IMG/VR virus record: IMGVR_UViG_3300009705_000021 | Span: 1 to 53,117 of that record | Reading direction: 5' to 3' (one strand) | Source of the DNA: a virus | Lineage: Duplodnaviria; Caudoviricetes | Length of the DNA stretch: 53,117 nt | Shown: positions 38,387 to 46,737 of the stretch, one piece after another | Layout of the letters: every line of letters starts with the position of its first letter | Numbering within the stretch: position 1 is the stretch's first letter | Translations under genes and position numbers: made by a program | The notes under the pieces: generated by a model | What the model was told of the DNA's origin: nothing | The model's database searches: none | What the model saw: only the letters and a program-made list of their open reading frames with translations

Positions 38387-39721
38387 TCAAACACCTCTTT
38401 TCCATTCGCCCCAATCAAGGGCTTTCTTCTCTTTAATTGGTGGTGGCTCATATCCGATACGACATACAACACCTTTACGACCTCGGCCTTCTTTATCAGC
38501 CTTAATCTCATGATACCACTCTTGAGGTACAAGTGATTCTTCAATCCACCTCTTTGCTGTTTGATAATCACCCATAGTGACCATCCGTGATACCTCTTTA
38601 ACCAATGTGGATTTAGGCAAGTCACGCAACCAAAAGGTCGTCTTGATGAGTTGTAAGTCTGCATCCATAACTGTTCGTCTCATCCTTAGTGCATCCTCAA
38701 GTATTCCCATTAATCGTTCATCAATACTGATTTCCAATACAGGGTCAGGGTTATAGTCTTCTTGCATGACCCAATACCCAATCATAAGTCTACGATATAG
38801 GTCTGCTTCAAAGGAGCGTACTTCACTTCTTTCCAACCACACCTGCACATCATCTCCAAAGCGTGTCTGTGAAGGGGGATTGAGCATAGCACTTAATTGT
38901 CTTTCAGTGAGCCATTCACGCATAGCGAAGCGGAGTTTGTTTGCCTTAGCCCTTCTTTCACTGCTCATATTTGTCATTTTCTGTCCGGCTTGTTTATACA
39001 ATAACTCTTTAGCAGGGTTCATGTTAATATCAATGATGAAAAACCTCCTATCTAATCCCGATTCTAATTCAAAACGACCCGGCTGAGTCCCTGCCCAAAT
39101 GGTCATTCTTGTTGAGTATTGTACCCATCCTGACCGCATACCTTTCATAACCCTTCCCGAGTCTGTTGAAGTGAGCAATTGATTCTTCATATCTATTGAG
39201 TGGTCTTTCTTACCTGCGTCTATCACGGATGAAAACTCTTCAAATCCTAAGAATCCCCCACACATCTCACGAGCAAGTGGGCGACCCATAACCTTACCTT
39301 CTTCATCAACCGACCCAAACATACCTGCTTCTGTGATTGAGTTTGGACCAATCATTGTTCGGAATCCTTCACCCCTTGATGCCTTCGGGCTCCAAATAAT
39401 ACCTGTACCTGCATTGAGAAACATATCAATTAGTGCTGTCTTACCAGACCCTTTTACACCACGCATAAGAATGTGTATTCGAGTGTCAGCAACATGACCC
39501 ATAGGTGTATAGAATGGTGGGTTCGGATGACGCATAGGACAATTGGGAATTGAAAACTCACCTTCTTCAACCAACTCTGGGTCAAAGTCACACATAGAAC
39601 ATTTGTTCATTGAATTAAATAAGTGTGCTCCTATACTTGCTATGAATATAGGGAGTTTGTCTTCGACATCAACCATAAAGTTAAGGTTAGCGTAATTTTG
39701 TAGTGATTGAAATATATCCAT
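38387..39721 (-). CDS. MCM-like AAA+ helicase (short, lacking the canonical N-terminal domain)
   Basis: IHILMRGVKGSGKT, ITEAGMFGSV, GGFLGFEEF, TIWAGTQP and arginine finger LDRRF. Confidence 0.75.
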   Translation of the reverse strand: MDIFQSLQNYANLNFMVDVEDKLPIFIASIGAHLFNSMNKCSMCDFDPELVEEGEFSIPNCPMRHPNPPFYTPMGHVADTRIHILMRGVKGSGKTALIDMFLNAGTGIIWSPKASRGEGFRTMIGPNSITEAGMFGSVDEEGKVMGRPLAREMCGGFLGFEEFSSVIDAGKKDHSIDMKNQLLTSTDSGRVMKGMRSGWVQYSTRMTIWAGTQPGRFELESGLDRRFFIIDINMNPAKELLYKQAGQKMTNMSSERRAKANKLRFAMREWLTERQLSAMLNPPSQTRFGDDVQVWLERSEVRSFEADLYRRLMIGYWVMQEDYNPDPVLEISIDERLMGILEDALRMRRTVMDADLQLIKTTFWLRDLPKSTLVKEVSRMVTMGDYQTAKRWIEESLVPQEWYHEIKADKEGRGRKGVVCRIGYEPPPIKEKKALDWGEWKRGV

Positions 39722-39872
39722 TCTAATTCCTCAAGAATAGACAAGGCGTTTTGGGTCATAGTTTAAATCGTTTTCGAGTCCTTGAGGTAATTGCGTTTAA
39801 GGTGCTTGGCCGTGTCTTGTTTGGCCGTGTGGGTGTACCCTTATAACGATTGCCTTTATACCATCTCATTCT

Positions 39873-40084
39873 ATTCTTTCTATTCTTTCTGTAGCCTACT
39901 GAATAAAATAACCGTTGTATGTCGCCCCTGTTTGAGGTATTCTGTTATTTCCCCTACAGGGATTTATCTTTAGTAGTGCCACTCTGAGTAGATAAATACC
40001 CTACACGAATTAACATAATTAGCAGAACCAGCCCACTGCAAGCCATTATATATTTCAGTCGTCAGTAGAAAGAATAAAAAGAAT
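39873..40084. repeat. Nested imperfect inverted repeats (~210 bp) upstream of the MCM-like gene; candidate origin
   Basis: 39873-39903 vs 40054-40084 (25/31 complementary); 39940-39950 vs 40017-40027 (9/11); AGGGATTTATCT 39958-39969 vs AGATAAATACCCT 39990-40002. Confidence 0.7.
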
Positions 40085-40091
40085 TATAAAA

Positions 40092-40580
40092 TCAAACGAA
40101 TCCCACTACTTTCTCAACACACCAACCAACAAAATTAGCATTATGAGCCAACGGATTACGCTCACTTGCATATCTCAGACCTAAACCTATCAAGGGTGTG
40201 CTTGCCTCTGCAAGTAATTTTCTAAAATCATAGACCCAAGGTTCTTCACTATACTCCATTATTTCTATGATACTATTTTCATGACCGTGAAATGGCTCAC
40301 TGTTAAAAGAACAATTCAACAATTCCATTAACTTATCCAGACCGCTAAGTAATATATCCCCTTTGACGAATGGCAGAGAAAGTGTAGCCCACGGAGAAAA
40401 TACAACACTATTCATGTTTCTTGCCTTAGTGTTCGTTGAATAAGTGGTGAAGTCTAATACCCTTATGTCATATGGGGCGGCTATCACCCACATAGTGCTA
40501 TTGAAGCCATCTGCGTCAAGGGAGTCGCTGTTGAAATCATCAAAGTTAAAATGTCCTTGCTTGTGCCTGTCTTCGCCCAT
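40092..40580 (-). CDS. Hypothetical protein
   Basis: 162-aa ORF with TTTATATG box ~21 nt upstream. Confidence 0.65.
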   Translation of the reverse strand: MGEDRHKQGHFNFDDFNSDSLDADGFNSTMWVIAAPYDIRVLDFTTYSTNTKARNMNSVVFSPWATLSLPFVKGDILLSGLDKLMELLNCSFNSEPFHGHENSIIEIMEYSEEPWVYDFRKLLAEASTPLIGLGLRYASERNPLAHNANFVGWCVEKVVGFV

Positions 40581-40619
40581 AACTTAACCTAAACACGGAC
40601 ACATATAAATACTTTTTTC

Positions 40620-40802
40620 TCATTCTTCTTCATCTTTCTTCCTCCACTCTGTTGCTTCTATGTTATCAACAAAGTGAACCGCACCCACATTAAGACAATT
40701 TGGGCAAACTTTCGGTGGGTCATTAGCCACTAAAAAGAATTGCTCAAAGCAAGAAAAACATTCCCAAAGGCAGACCGGCATATACACTCCATTGACAGGC
40801 AT
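40620..40802 (-). CDS. Zn-ribbon microprotein
   Basis: WECFSC...VCPNC. Confidence 0.6.
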   Translation of the reverse strand: MPVNGVYMPVCLWECFSCFEQFFLVANDPPKVCPNCLNVGAVHFVDNIEATEWRKKDEEE

Positions 40803-40829
40803 ACATCATTCTATGAGACATCATCTTAA

Positions 40830-41250
40830 TAATCCCCCTACCTTTTCTAATTAGAGCCGAAAAATGAGTGAACGACACAATACCCCCCACCTTTTCTCGT
40901 TGTTGAAGTTTGAGAGAGGAGTTTCTCTCCTCAGACCGGCAACCCAATTTATCATGAGAGCCGAACCGGCCGCCTGTATAGAATGCTGTTGCCACGAGCC
41001 ACTTCTCGCTGGTCATAGTATGCTTTAGGTAGGTGGGAGATGCGGCCGAATGTTCACGATTGCAGTCGTGAGACACATGACACACGGAGGTAGGTTGGAG
41101 CCTGTTTTTGCAGACCGCACCCCCCTTGAATACCAAAGAGAAAAAGGTGGGAGTCATAACTGTGGTCTGTGAGGAAACCACACGAAGAGGAAAGTAAGGT
41201 GAGAAACTTAAAACTCGCATATTGTCATGACCCCCTTGAGTAAATTGTCG
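40830..41250. ncRNA. Candidate structured non-coding region
   Basis: ~420 bp with no credible ORF. Contains hairpins (TCACGA-N6-TCGTGA; TGTGGT-N10-ACCACA) and long-range CCCACCTTTTCTC / GAGAAAAAGGTGGG complementarity. No family recognised. Confidence 0.35.
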
Positions 41251-41255
41251 GTAAA

Positions 41256-41549
41256 TTATTCAAAGTCAAGACCGTACTTTTCATTGATGGTCAGTATTCG
41301 TTGCATGATTGCGACATGGAGTATATGTTGTTTTTCTGTATCAAGACCACACCACGCTTGAATAGGTGATGCTCTGAACACTATCCATCTGTTGTGGTAG
41401 TATTCGGATGGGTCTTCTTCATCCCATCCCGAGAAAATCATATCGAGGTATTCTTGTTTGTTGAGTTTAGACCATATATCCCTTAGTGCAGACATGAAGT
41501 CGTTTGGCGTGGCTGAGATTCGGGTACTTTTGATTACTTTATCGTTCAT
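41256..41549 (-). CDS. Hypothetical protein
   Basis: GGAGG RBS; coupled ORF. Confidence 0.65.
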   Translation of the reverse strand: MNDKVIKSTRISATPNDFMSALRDIWSKLNKQEYLDMIFSGWDEEDPSEYYHNRWIVFRASPIQAWCGLDTEKQHILHVAIMQRILTINEKYGLDFE

Positions 41550-41827
41550 ATTTTTTCCTCCTTACATTCACAATCCTCGACCGTGTCCCCACAGCCTGCA
41601 CAACTCTCACAGACACAACAATCGTCTCCGAGTTCTTCACAAGTCTCGCAATACAGACCGTCAGTGATTAACATATCCACATAGTCGTTGAACCCACACC
41701 GATAAGCGATTGGGTCACACTGTCTAAGAACCACTGATGCGTAGAAAGTGATATTACCGACACGAAGTTCTGTGTCTTGACAATCATCGAGCATATCCTT
41801 GTATGCGTCTTCGAGTTCGACATTCAT
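41546..41827 (-). CDS. Acidic protein with Cys-rich C-terminus
   Basis: YKDMLDDC...DPIAYRCGFNDYVD, then a cluster of CxxC motifs. Confidence 0.65.
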   Translation of the reverse strand: MNVELEDAYKDMLDDCQDTELRVGNITFYASVVLRQCDPIAYRCGFNDYVDMLITDGLYCETCEELGDDCCVCESCAGCGDTVEDCECKEEKI

Positions 41828-42087
41828 TATTCCCACACCTCCTCTAACTTAACAAACTCCTTATCATAGCACGAGATTTCCTCAGGCCTTTTCCAATCAA
41901 TAGTTTGCTCGCTATCATCATTCTCTAAAGTGAAAATGTCTCCATTCTTTAGAATAACCACACAGACCCCGTGACTGATATAGATTTCTTCGACATCATC
42001 CATCTTGATATTAGAGCCCTCTGGCGAATTAAATGTGATGAAGCATTTGTACTCAGCCTCAATAAAAACAATTCTCTTGTCAATCAT
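41827..42087 (-). CDS. Acidic hypothetical protein
   Basis: Coupled ORF. Confidence 0.6.
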   Translation of the reverse strand: MIDKRIVFIEAEYKCFITFNSPEGSNIKMDDVEEIYISHGVCVVILKNGDIFTLENDDSEQTIDWKRPEEISCYDKEFVKLEEVWE

Positions 42088-42803
42088 TCTTCCTCATCCT
42101 CGTAGTGTGTAGCATCCTTTGGTAGAGATTTAGCGAGCCATGAAACATCACAGGCTTCGACCCGTGAATAGTGCAAATCAACCGAGCAATTAAATGTTGG
42201 GTCAGCATAACCAAGAGGTCTCAAGGCGTTATCAATTCTGTGGGTCACAAAGGACACGACATCTTCGACTTCTTGAGAATCCATGACTTTGCTTGAGCCG
42301 GTGATACTGATTTCAAAGCGAGCGCTTCTTGTATTTCCACCGAGCCTTGCTGAAACCCATTCTTCTCCAACAGTAAAGTGTAGCGCATATCCATCATCAT
42401 AAGTCTCGTTGCCCATATCAGACCAATAAACATATACTGCGTTGCTCGAACCGCCTGCAAACTTTTGGTATTCAGTGCTTCGCTTCTTCTCGTACCCAAG
42501 ACGAGGTTTCAAGCCTTGTAGTCGAAGGAAATTGATAATCTGCTCGGCTGTTCCGTCTTGCCAAGATTGGAGGACAAGTGTTTCTCCCTTACACATGATT
42601 TTCGGCGTTGAAGTCTCAACCGCTTTAGGTCTGAAAACTTCGGCATCGACCTCATCCTTTTCATAGTCGTACCATATGATACCTTTCTCTGCGAGCGCAT
42701 CACAGTGTTGCCAATGGACTTCTCTTTCATGGGGTGGAATTGTCTCATATCTAATTGAGACAACCCTTTTCGCTGTTCGTTGTGCTTCATTTTGGTTCGT
42801 CAT
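42084..42803 (-). CDS. Hypothetical protein
   Basis: 239 aa; AGGTGA RBS; downstream of a GAGCC-TATA promoter. Confidence 0.75.
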   Translation of the reverse strand: MTNQNEAQRTAKRVVSIRYETIPPHEREVHWQHCDALAEKGIIWYDYEKDEVDAEVFRPKAVETSTPKIMCKGETLVLQSWQDGTAEQIINFLRLQGLKPRLGYEKKRSTEYQKFAGGSSNAVYVYWSDMGNETYDDGYALHFTVGEEWVSARLGGNTRSARFEISITGSSKVMDSQEVEDVVSFVTHRIDNALRPLGYADPTFNCSVDLHYSRVEACDVSWLAKSLPKDATHYEDEEE

Positions 42804-42837
42804 ACTTGTTCACCTACTCAACCTTATCCGATGCCCC

Positions 42838-42862
42838 TATATAAAGGCTGTGGCTCTTCGAC
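42838..42862 (-). promoter_or_regulatory. GAGAGCC-N6-TATA promoter
   Basis: GTCGAAGAGCC-acagcc-TTTATATA. Confidence 0.8.
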
Positions 42863-42875
42863 AGTTTGGTGTTGT

Positions 42876-43235
42876 TCATGCTGAAAACTCCTTTACTATC
42901 TCCTTAATATCCTCATCATCATCTTCCTCATCATATTGTGCTTTGACCCATCTTTTAATCCATGCTTCTGCTCGCTCGACGATAGTTAAATGCTGTGTTG
43001 TTTCATCTCTGTTATACAGACCGTGTGATGCTGATTCATCAAGACCGAAGTCGGCATACATACAGTCGTGACAAACATATTCTCCACTGCCGATATACTC
43101 AAACATATTGAAGTATGCTCCATTGACTGTGACCACTAAACTATGCTCTTCATCATCTGCAACAATAGAGCCGTAAGTTAAAACCTCCCATAAGTCACAG
43201 GTTGAGAAATTACTTTGTCTGTAATTTGCGCTCAT
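42876..43235 (-). CDS. Acidic hypothetical protein
   Basis: D/E-rich ORF in the operon. Confidence 0.65.
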   Translation of the reverse strand: MSANYRQSNFSTCDLWEVLTYGSIVADDEEHSLVVTVNGAYFNMFEYIGSGEYVCHDCMYADFGLDESASHGLYNRDETTQHLTIVERAEAWIKRWVKAQYDEEDDDEDIKEIVKEFSA

Positions 43236-43468
43236 TCTAATCCCCCATCGAGGACAGCAAGAATGTGCTCCGGCAATTCATCAGTTAGAAAGGTAGGTGA
43301 AAGTACTCTCATATACCCGTGCAAATTATCTCCGTAATAGAGCATAACTTGTATCTGCTCGGCATACGAAAAACCTTCTCTTATGATATTAGGTCCATCA
43401 TCGTATTCTATCCATAGACCATCCATATCATAGTCGTCTAAATTATTTATCTCATAATCTTTTGTCAT
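43232..43468 (-). CDS. Acidic hypothetical protein
   Basis: GGAGTGA RBS; downstream of a promoter. Confidence 0.65.
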   Translation of the reverse strand: MTKDYEINNLDDYDMDGLWIEYDDGPNIIREGFSYAEQIQVMLYYGDNLHGYMRVLSPTFLTDELPEHILAVLDGGLE

Positions 43469-43507
43469 ATCGCATCACTCCGCTTCATCTACACATAGTA
43501 TTACCCC

Positions 43508-43532
43508 TATATAAAGACTATGGCTCTCCGAC
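43508..43532 (-). promoter_or_regulatory. GAGAGCC-N6-TATA promoter
   Basis: GTCGGAGAGCC-atagtc-TTTATATA. Confidence 0.85.
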
Positions 43533-43672
43533 ATAATTCACTATATCGGATATGAGCTCCTCCATTTCATCATAAATAGGGTCATCCCATTCATCGAGAT
43601 TTAATTGTTCGAGGAATCTAACACAGACCGAAACTAATGAATACAATAATAACTTCTCTAATTCCTTCATGC

Positions 43673-45373
43673 TCAACCCAACCTTAGTTTGCTCCAAATA
43701 TCCACGCCTCTTCGACCATCACGGGTGCGTATTATTGAGCAGTGGTGGTTTTCGGATAGTGCGTGCTCCTTAGTGAAGTACTCCTTATGGCACTTATCAC
43801 ATATATGGTCTCTGGTCTTGGGTGTCCGTGCCTTGCGCTCACGCTCTGCATCTGTTTCACCTTCATCCTCCTCGGCTGATTCAAATATCATATTCTCACC
43901 ATCATACCTCCAAAACTCTATACTCCCGCTCGGTAATTTGCCATTGTATTTGAGATTTGTTAATCCCTTCACATCGGTCGTATTGTCAATGAAGAGAAGA
44001 TAGATAATGGCTTTCTCTGCTGAGCCCCTGCGAAGACAACGACCCAAAGTCTGTACCCGAGCCCTTGTTGCATTTGTACCACTGACCATAATACCAAGGT
44101 CAGCATCCGGCACATCAACTCCTTCTGTAAGAGCCTTGCATGACATTAGAAGGCGAGACTTTCCATCCTTAAAATCCTGTAATGCTTGGTCTTGGTCTTT
44201 GCGTTTCATCTCACCGTGATATATGGTCGGGGCAAGCACGGGTTCGTCAAGCCATCGAGATACATCGGGCGGCTCAATACCGGCCTCCTCCCATGAAGTA
44301 CCTACCCATATTTTCGGCTTCTTCTTATCCTCTTCTAAATTGATTAGGTCGGGCAAGTGTGGAGGACAAACGCCGGTATATTTCGAGTGCATCCATTCGA
44401 GTTGATTGATTCGTTGGTGAAAGAGCATAGCCCTAAGGTCGGGGTGCATATCGAGGATAGCATCCACACATGAGAATCGGTGGAATGATTCATTGAGCAC
44501 ACGCTTTCTCGCTTGACACAGGTTCTTGAAACTTGTTAAGAGCCCGTCTTCTTCTTCACCGTTTTGACCCGGTTTGATTGCAAAGAAATTGGTCGTATCA
44601 CCATAGCGTTGTCTCAGTATGAATGAGATTGCTTTAATGTCATCTGTATAGTCGAGATACTTTTTGCGTTCCTCCGAAGTCAAAGGTACTTTCACCGCTC
44701 GAACCGTGAATGGTATAATAACACCATCAGCACGACCTTCTGTATATCCATAGGTATGAACCACAGGTCCACATAAATATGATACCATGCCGAGTCCGGA
44801 GTCTTCACGCTGAGGGGTAGCCGATAGTCCGAGAATAGCATTATGCGGATTATTGATGACCGCATATTTCCTTGTTTGACTCCCGAGATTGTGGCATTCG
44901 TCTGCAATAATTAAATGGTCGGGGGCAGTTTCAGGTAGACCTTTAGCGGCCGTATCAACGGTCACCACATTGATTTGTTGCCAATCTCTGCGACCACCAC
45001 CTAATACACCAATTGGCTCATTAAACGCCATTTGGAGTTGTCTCCTCCACTGATGCTGTAATGCTCGTGTTGGTACGAGAATTGTTATATTCCCCGTTGG
45101 ATGGGTCTGGAGCCATACATTAGCACATTCAAGAGCGAGGATAGTTTTACCTGCTCCCGTGACCGCTTGTATGATACCAAACCATTCTTTATCGACGAAG
45201 TTCTGTCCTTTGACATTCTCTTGATTTTCATTTTTCCATGAGCCCACAGCGTCTTGTTGCCACAGGTAGAGTTTAATGTCTTCGGCTTCGGGATGAAGGT
45301 CACGCAACATCTTGCTGACCCGTTGCTGGCTCAATATATCCTTAATATCTCTATTCTTCTTCATCATCACCAT
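43673..45373 (-). CDS. Superfamily 2 helicase (XPB/Rad25/UvsW-like)
   Basis: AVTGAGKT, LVPT, IADECH, GLSATP, TEGVDVP and QTLGRCLR; C-terminal C2H2-like CDKC...H. Confidence 0.9.
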   Translation of the reverse strand: MVMMKKNRDIKDILSQQRVSKMLRDLHPEAEDIKLYLWQQDAVGSWKNENQENVKGQNFVDKEWFGIIQAVTGAGKTILALECANVWLQTHPTGNITILVPTRALQHQWRRQLQMAFNEPIGVLGGGRRDWQQINVVTVDTAAKGLPETAPDHLIIADECHNLGSQTRKYAVINNPHNAILGLSATPQREDSGLGMVSYLCGPVVHTYGYTEGRADGVIIPFTVRAVKVPLTSEERKKYLDYTDDIKAISFILRQRYGDTTNFFAIKPGQNGEEEDGLLTSFKNLCQARKRVLNESFHRFSCVDAILDMHPDLRAMLFHQRINQLEWMHSKYTGVCPPHLPDLINLEEDKKKPKIWVGTSWEEAGIEPPDVSRWLDEPVLAPTIYHGEMKRKDQDQALQDFKDGKSRLLMSCKALTEGVDVPDADLGIMVSGTNATRARVQTLGRCLRRGSAEKAIIYLLFIDNTTDVKGLTNLKYNGKLPSGSIEFWRYDGENMIFESAEEDEGETDAERERKARTPKTRDHICDKCHKEYFTKEHALSENHHCSIIRTRDGRRGVDIWSKLRLG

Positions 45374-45830
45374 TCTCCGTCATTTTATTAGGTAGGACAA
45401 TTTTCTTATGCTCTTCGGCTTCAAGAATTAACATCTCGGCCACTTCACTAAGACGCTCTGGCTTGAGATTACCTGCAAGACATTCTTGAGCACAGATGGT
45501 TAAGCGGTCAATGATTGCTTTAACCTCCATGAGACGGGTTTCTGTTTCAGACCACTTCGACCACGGATGAAGACTCTGTACCGCATCCTTTCGAGATTTA
45601 TGTGGCTCCCATTCACCTGTTCCACTAATTGCGGTCACATAAGAAGTATTCTCCGGCAGTGGCTCAAACATTTCGCTTCCATCTCTTACATCATAAATGA
45701 AGTAGACCGTTTCAGTGATACGGTTTCGTTGCTGTCTCACGAACCTGTCAAAATTAGGTAATTCGGGTTCATCGGGTATATCACCATTTAGGTCTCTTAC
45801 ATCAATCTCATCTATTTTTTCATCGGCCAT
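45351..45830 (-). CDS. Hypothetical protein
   Basis: GAGGAG RBS; downstream of a promoter. Confidence 0.7.
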   Translation of the reverse strand: MADEKIDEIDVRDLNGDIPDEPELPNFDRFVRQQRNRITETVYFIYDVRDGSEMFEPLPENTSYVTAISGTGEWEPHKSRKDAVQSLHPWSKWSETETRLMEVKAIIDRLTICAQECLAGNLKPERLSEVAEMLILEAEEHKKIVLPNKMTENGDDEEE

Positions 45831-45868
45831 CTTAACAACTCCTCTTCAAACTCACTAAACATTGTAAG

Positions 45869-45893
45869 TATATAAACATATTGGCTCTCGGAG
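45869..45893 (-). promoter_or_regulatory. GAGAGCC-N6-TATA promoter
   Basis: CTCCGAGAGCC-aatatg-TTTATATA. Confidence 0.85.
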
Positions 45894-45901
45894 TCTTGGT
45901 C

Positions 45902-46201
45902 TTAAGTACGGACATATACGAGAACCCTCCCTTTGAGATGTATTCCGGTGAACCATTGTGGAGCAGCATTATTATAATCCATCTCCATGATTCCACCATC
46001 CTCGTTGCACCATGCTGAGACAATGTCGGACCGACCCCAAAATGTACGGGGAACACTTTCAACATATCCGGCGACACACATTTGCGCCCATGTGAGCCAA
46101 CCATCATCCTCAGGAAATAGACATGGGGTCACTTGATGTGACATACCATTAGTCTCTAAAACCCAACATTCATGATTCTCGCCACGCTTCGGCTCTGCCA
46201 T
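45902..46201 (-). CDS. DUF3846-like protein
   Basis: LTWAQMCVAGYVESV...WCNEDG...N.AA...LKGRVLV pattern. Confidence 0.6.
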   Translation of the reverse strand: MAEPKRGENHECWVLETNGMSHQVTPCLFPEDDGWLTWAQMCVAGYVESVPRTFWGRSDIVSAWCNEDGGIMEMDYNNAAPQWFTGIHLKGRVLVYVRT

Positions 46202-46206
46202 CACCA

Positions 46207-46455
46207 TTACTCCAGACCCCCATTGACTTTGTGCCACTGAACCTTGCCACCCTTGAATCTATGGAGCACATAACCGAAGGATTTCTTCTCCAACCTTTTG
46301 ACCTTCATTTCATCGGTTGCTTTAAGAGCACCCTCTCTCGTAGAGTACCACTTAACCCCGAGCACTTCATCGGGAAACCACCATTCGAGCCGCCATTCTT
46401 TTACATTCTCATTCATATCCATCATCTCCATTGCCTTTCGCTTTGCACTCGGCAC
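46207..46455 (-). CDS. Hypothetical protein
   Basis: ORF in the - strand operon. Confidence 0.55.
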   Translation of the reverse strand: MPSAKRKAMEMMDMNENVKEWRLEWWFPDEVLGVKWYSTREGALKATDEMKVKRLEKKSFGYVLHRFKGGKVQWHKVNGGLE

Positions 46456-46521
46456 AACAGTATTCTTCTCCGTTTGGGGAGTCCATGTCGTATTCGCACC
46501 ATAAGCAGTTTCTCGTTTTCA

Positions 46522-46737
46522 TTATTCATCATCTCCTATTTTCTTCAAGTGTCGGCTTATCTCTTGCAAACACTGCTCACCGACAAGATTCACTATATTG
46601 CTCCCCAATGATAAATCCTTATCATACTCGGGGTGTAGCATTAAGTGCTCCTCTATCGCAAAAACATCTATTCCGAGCATTCTCCAACCATAAGTCTTTC
46701 CAGCCTCTAAGACCGCATATTGACTAAAAGAGGTCAT
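46522..46737 (-). CDS. Hypothetical protein
   Basis: ATGA-coupled to ardC. Confidence 0.55.
   Translation of the reverse strand: MTSFSQYAVLEAGKTYGWRMLGIDVFAIEEHLMLHPEYDKDLSLGSNIVNLVGEQCLQEISRHLKKIGDDE

Noticed and set aside
41161-41182. Hammerhead-like CTGTGAG...GAAAC
   Set aside because: The core does not match CUGANGA and there is no stem II or three-way junction.
41186-41200. GAGGAAAGT resembling the RNase P RNA 5' conserved region
   Set aside because: It lies at the 3' end of the non-coding stretch on that strand, lacks the following CC, and has no matching 3' conserved element.
40744-41220. 158-aa ORF on the - strand
   Set aside because: It has no clear RBS, an atypical S/H/C-rich composition and overlaps the next gene. 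The region looks non-coding and structured.
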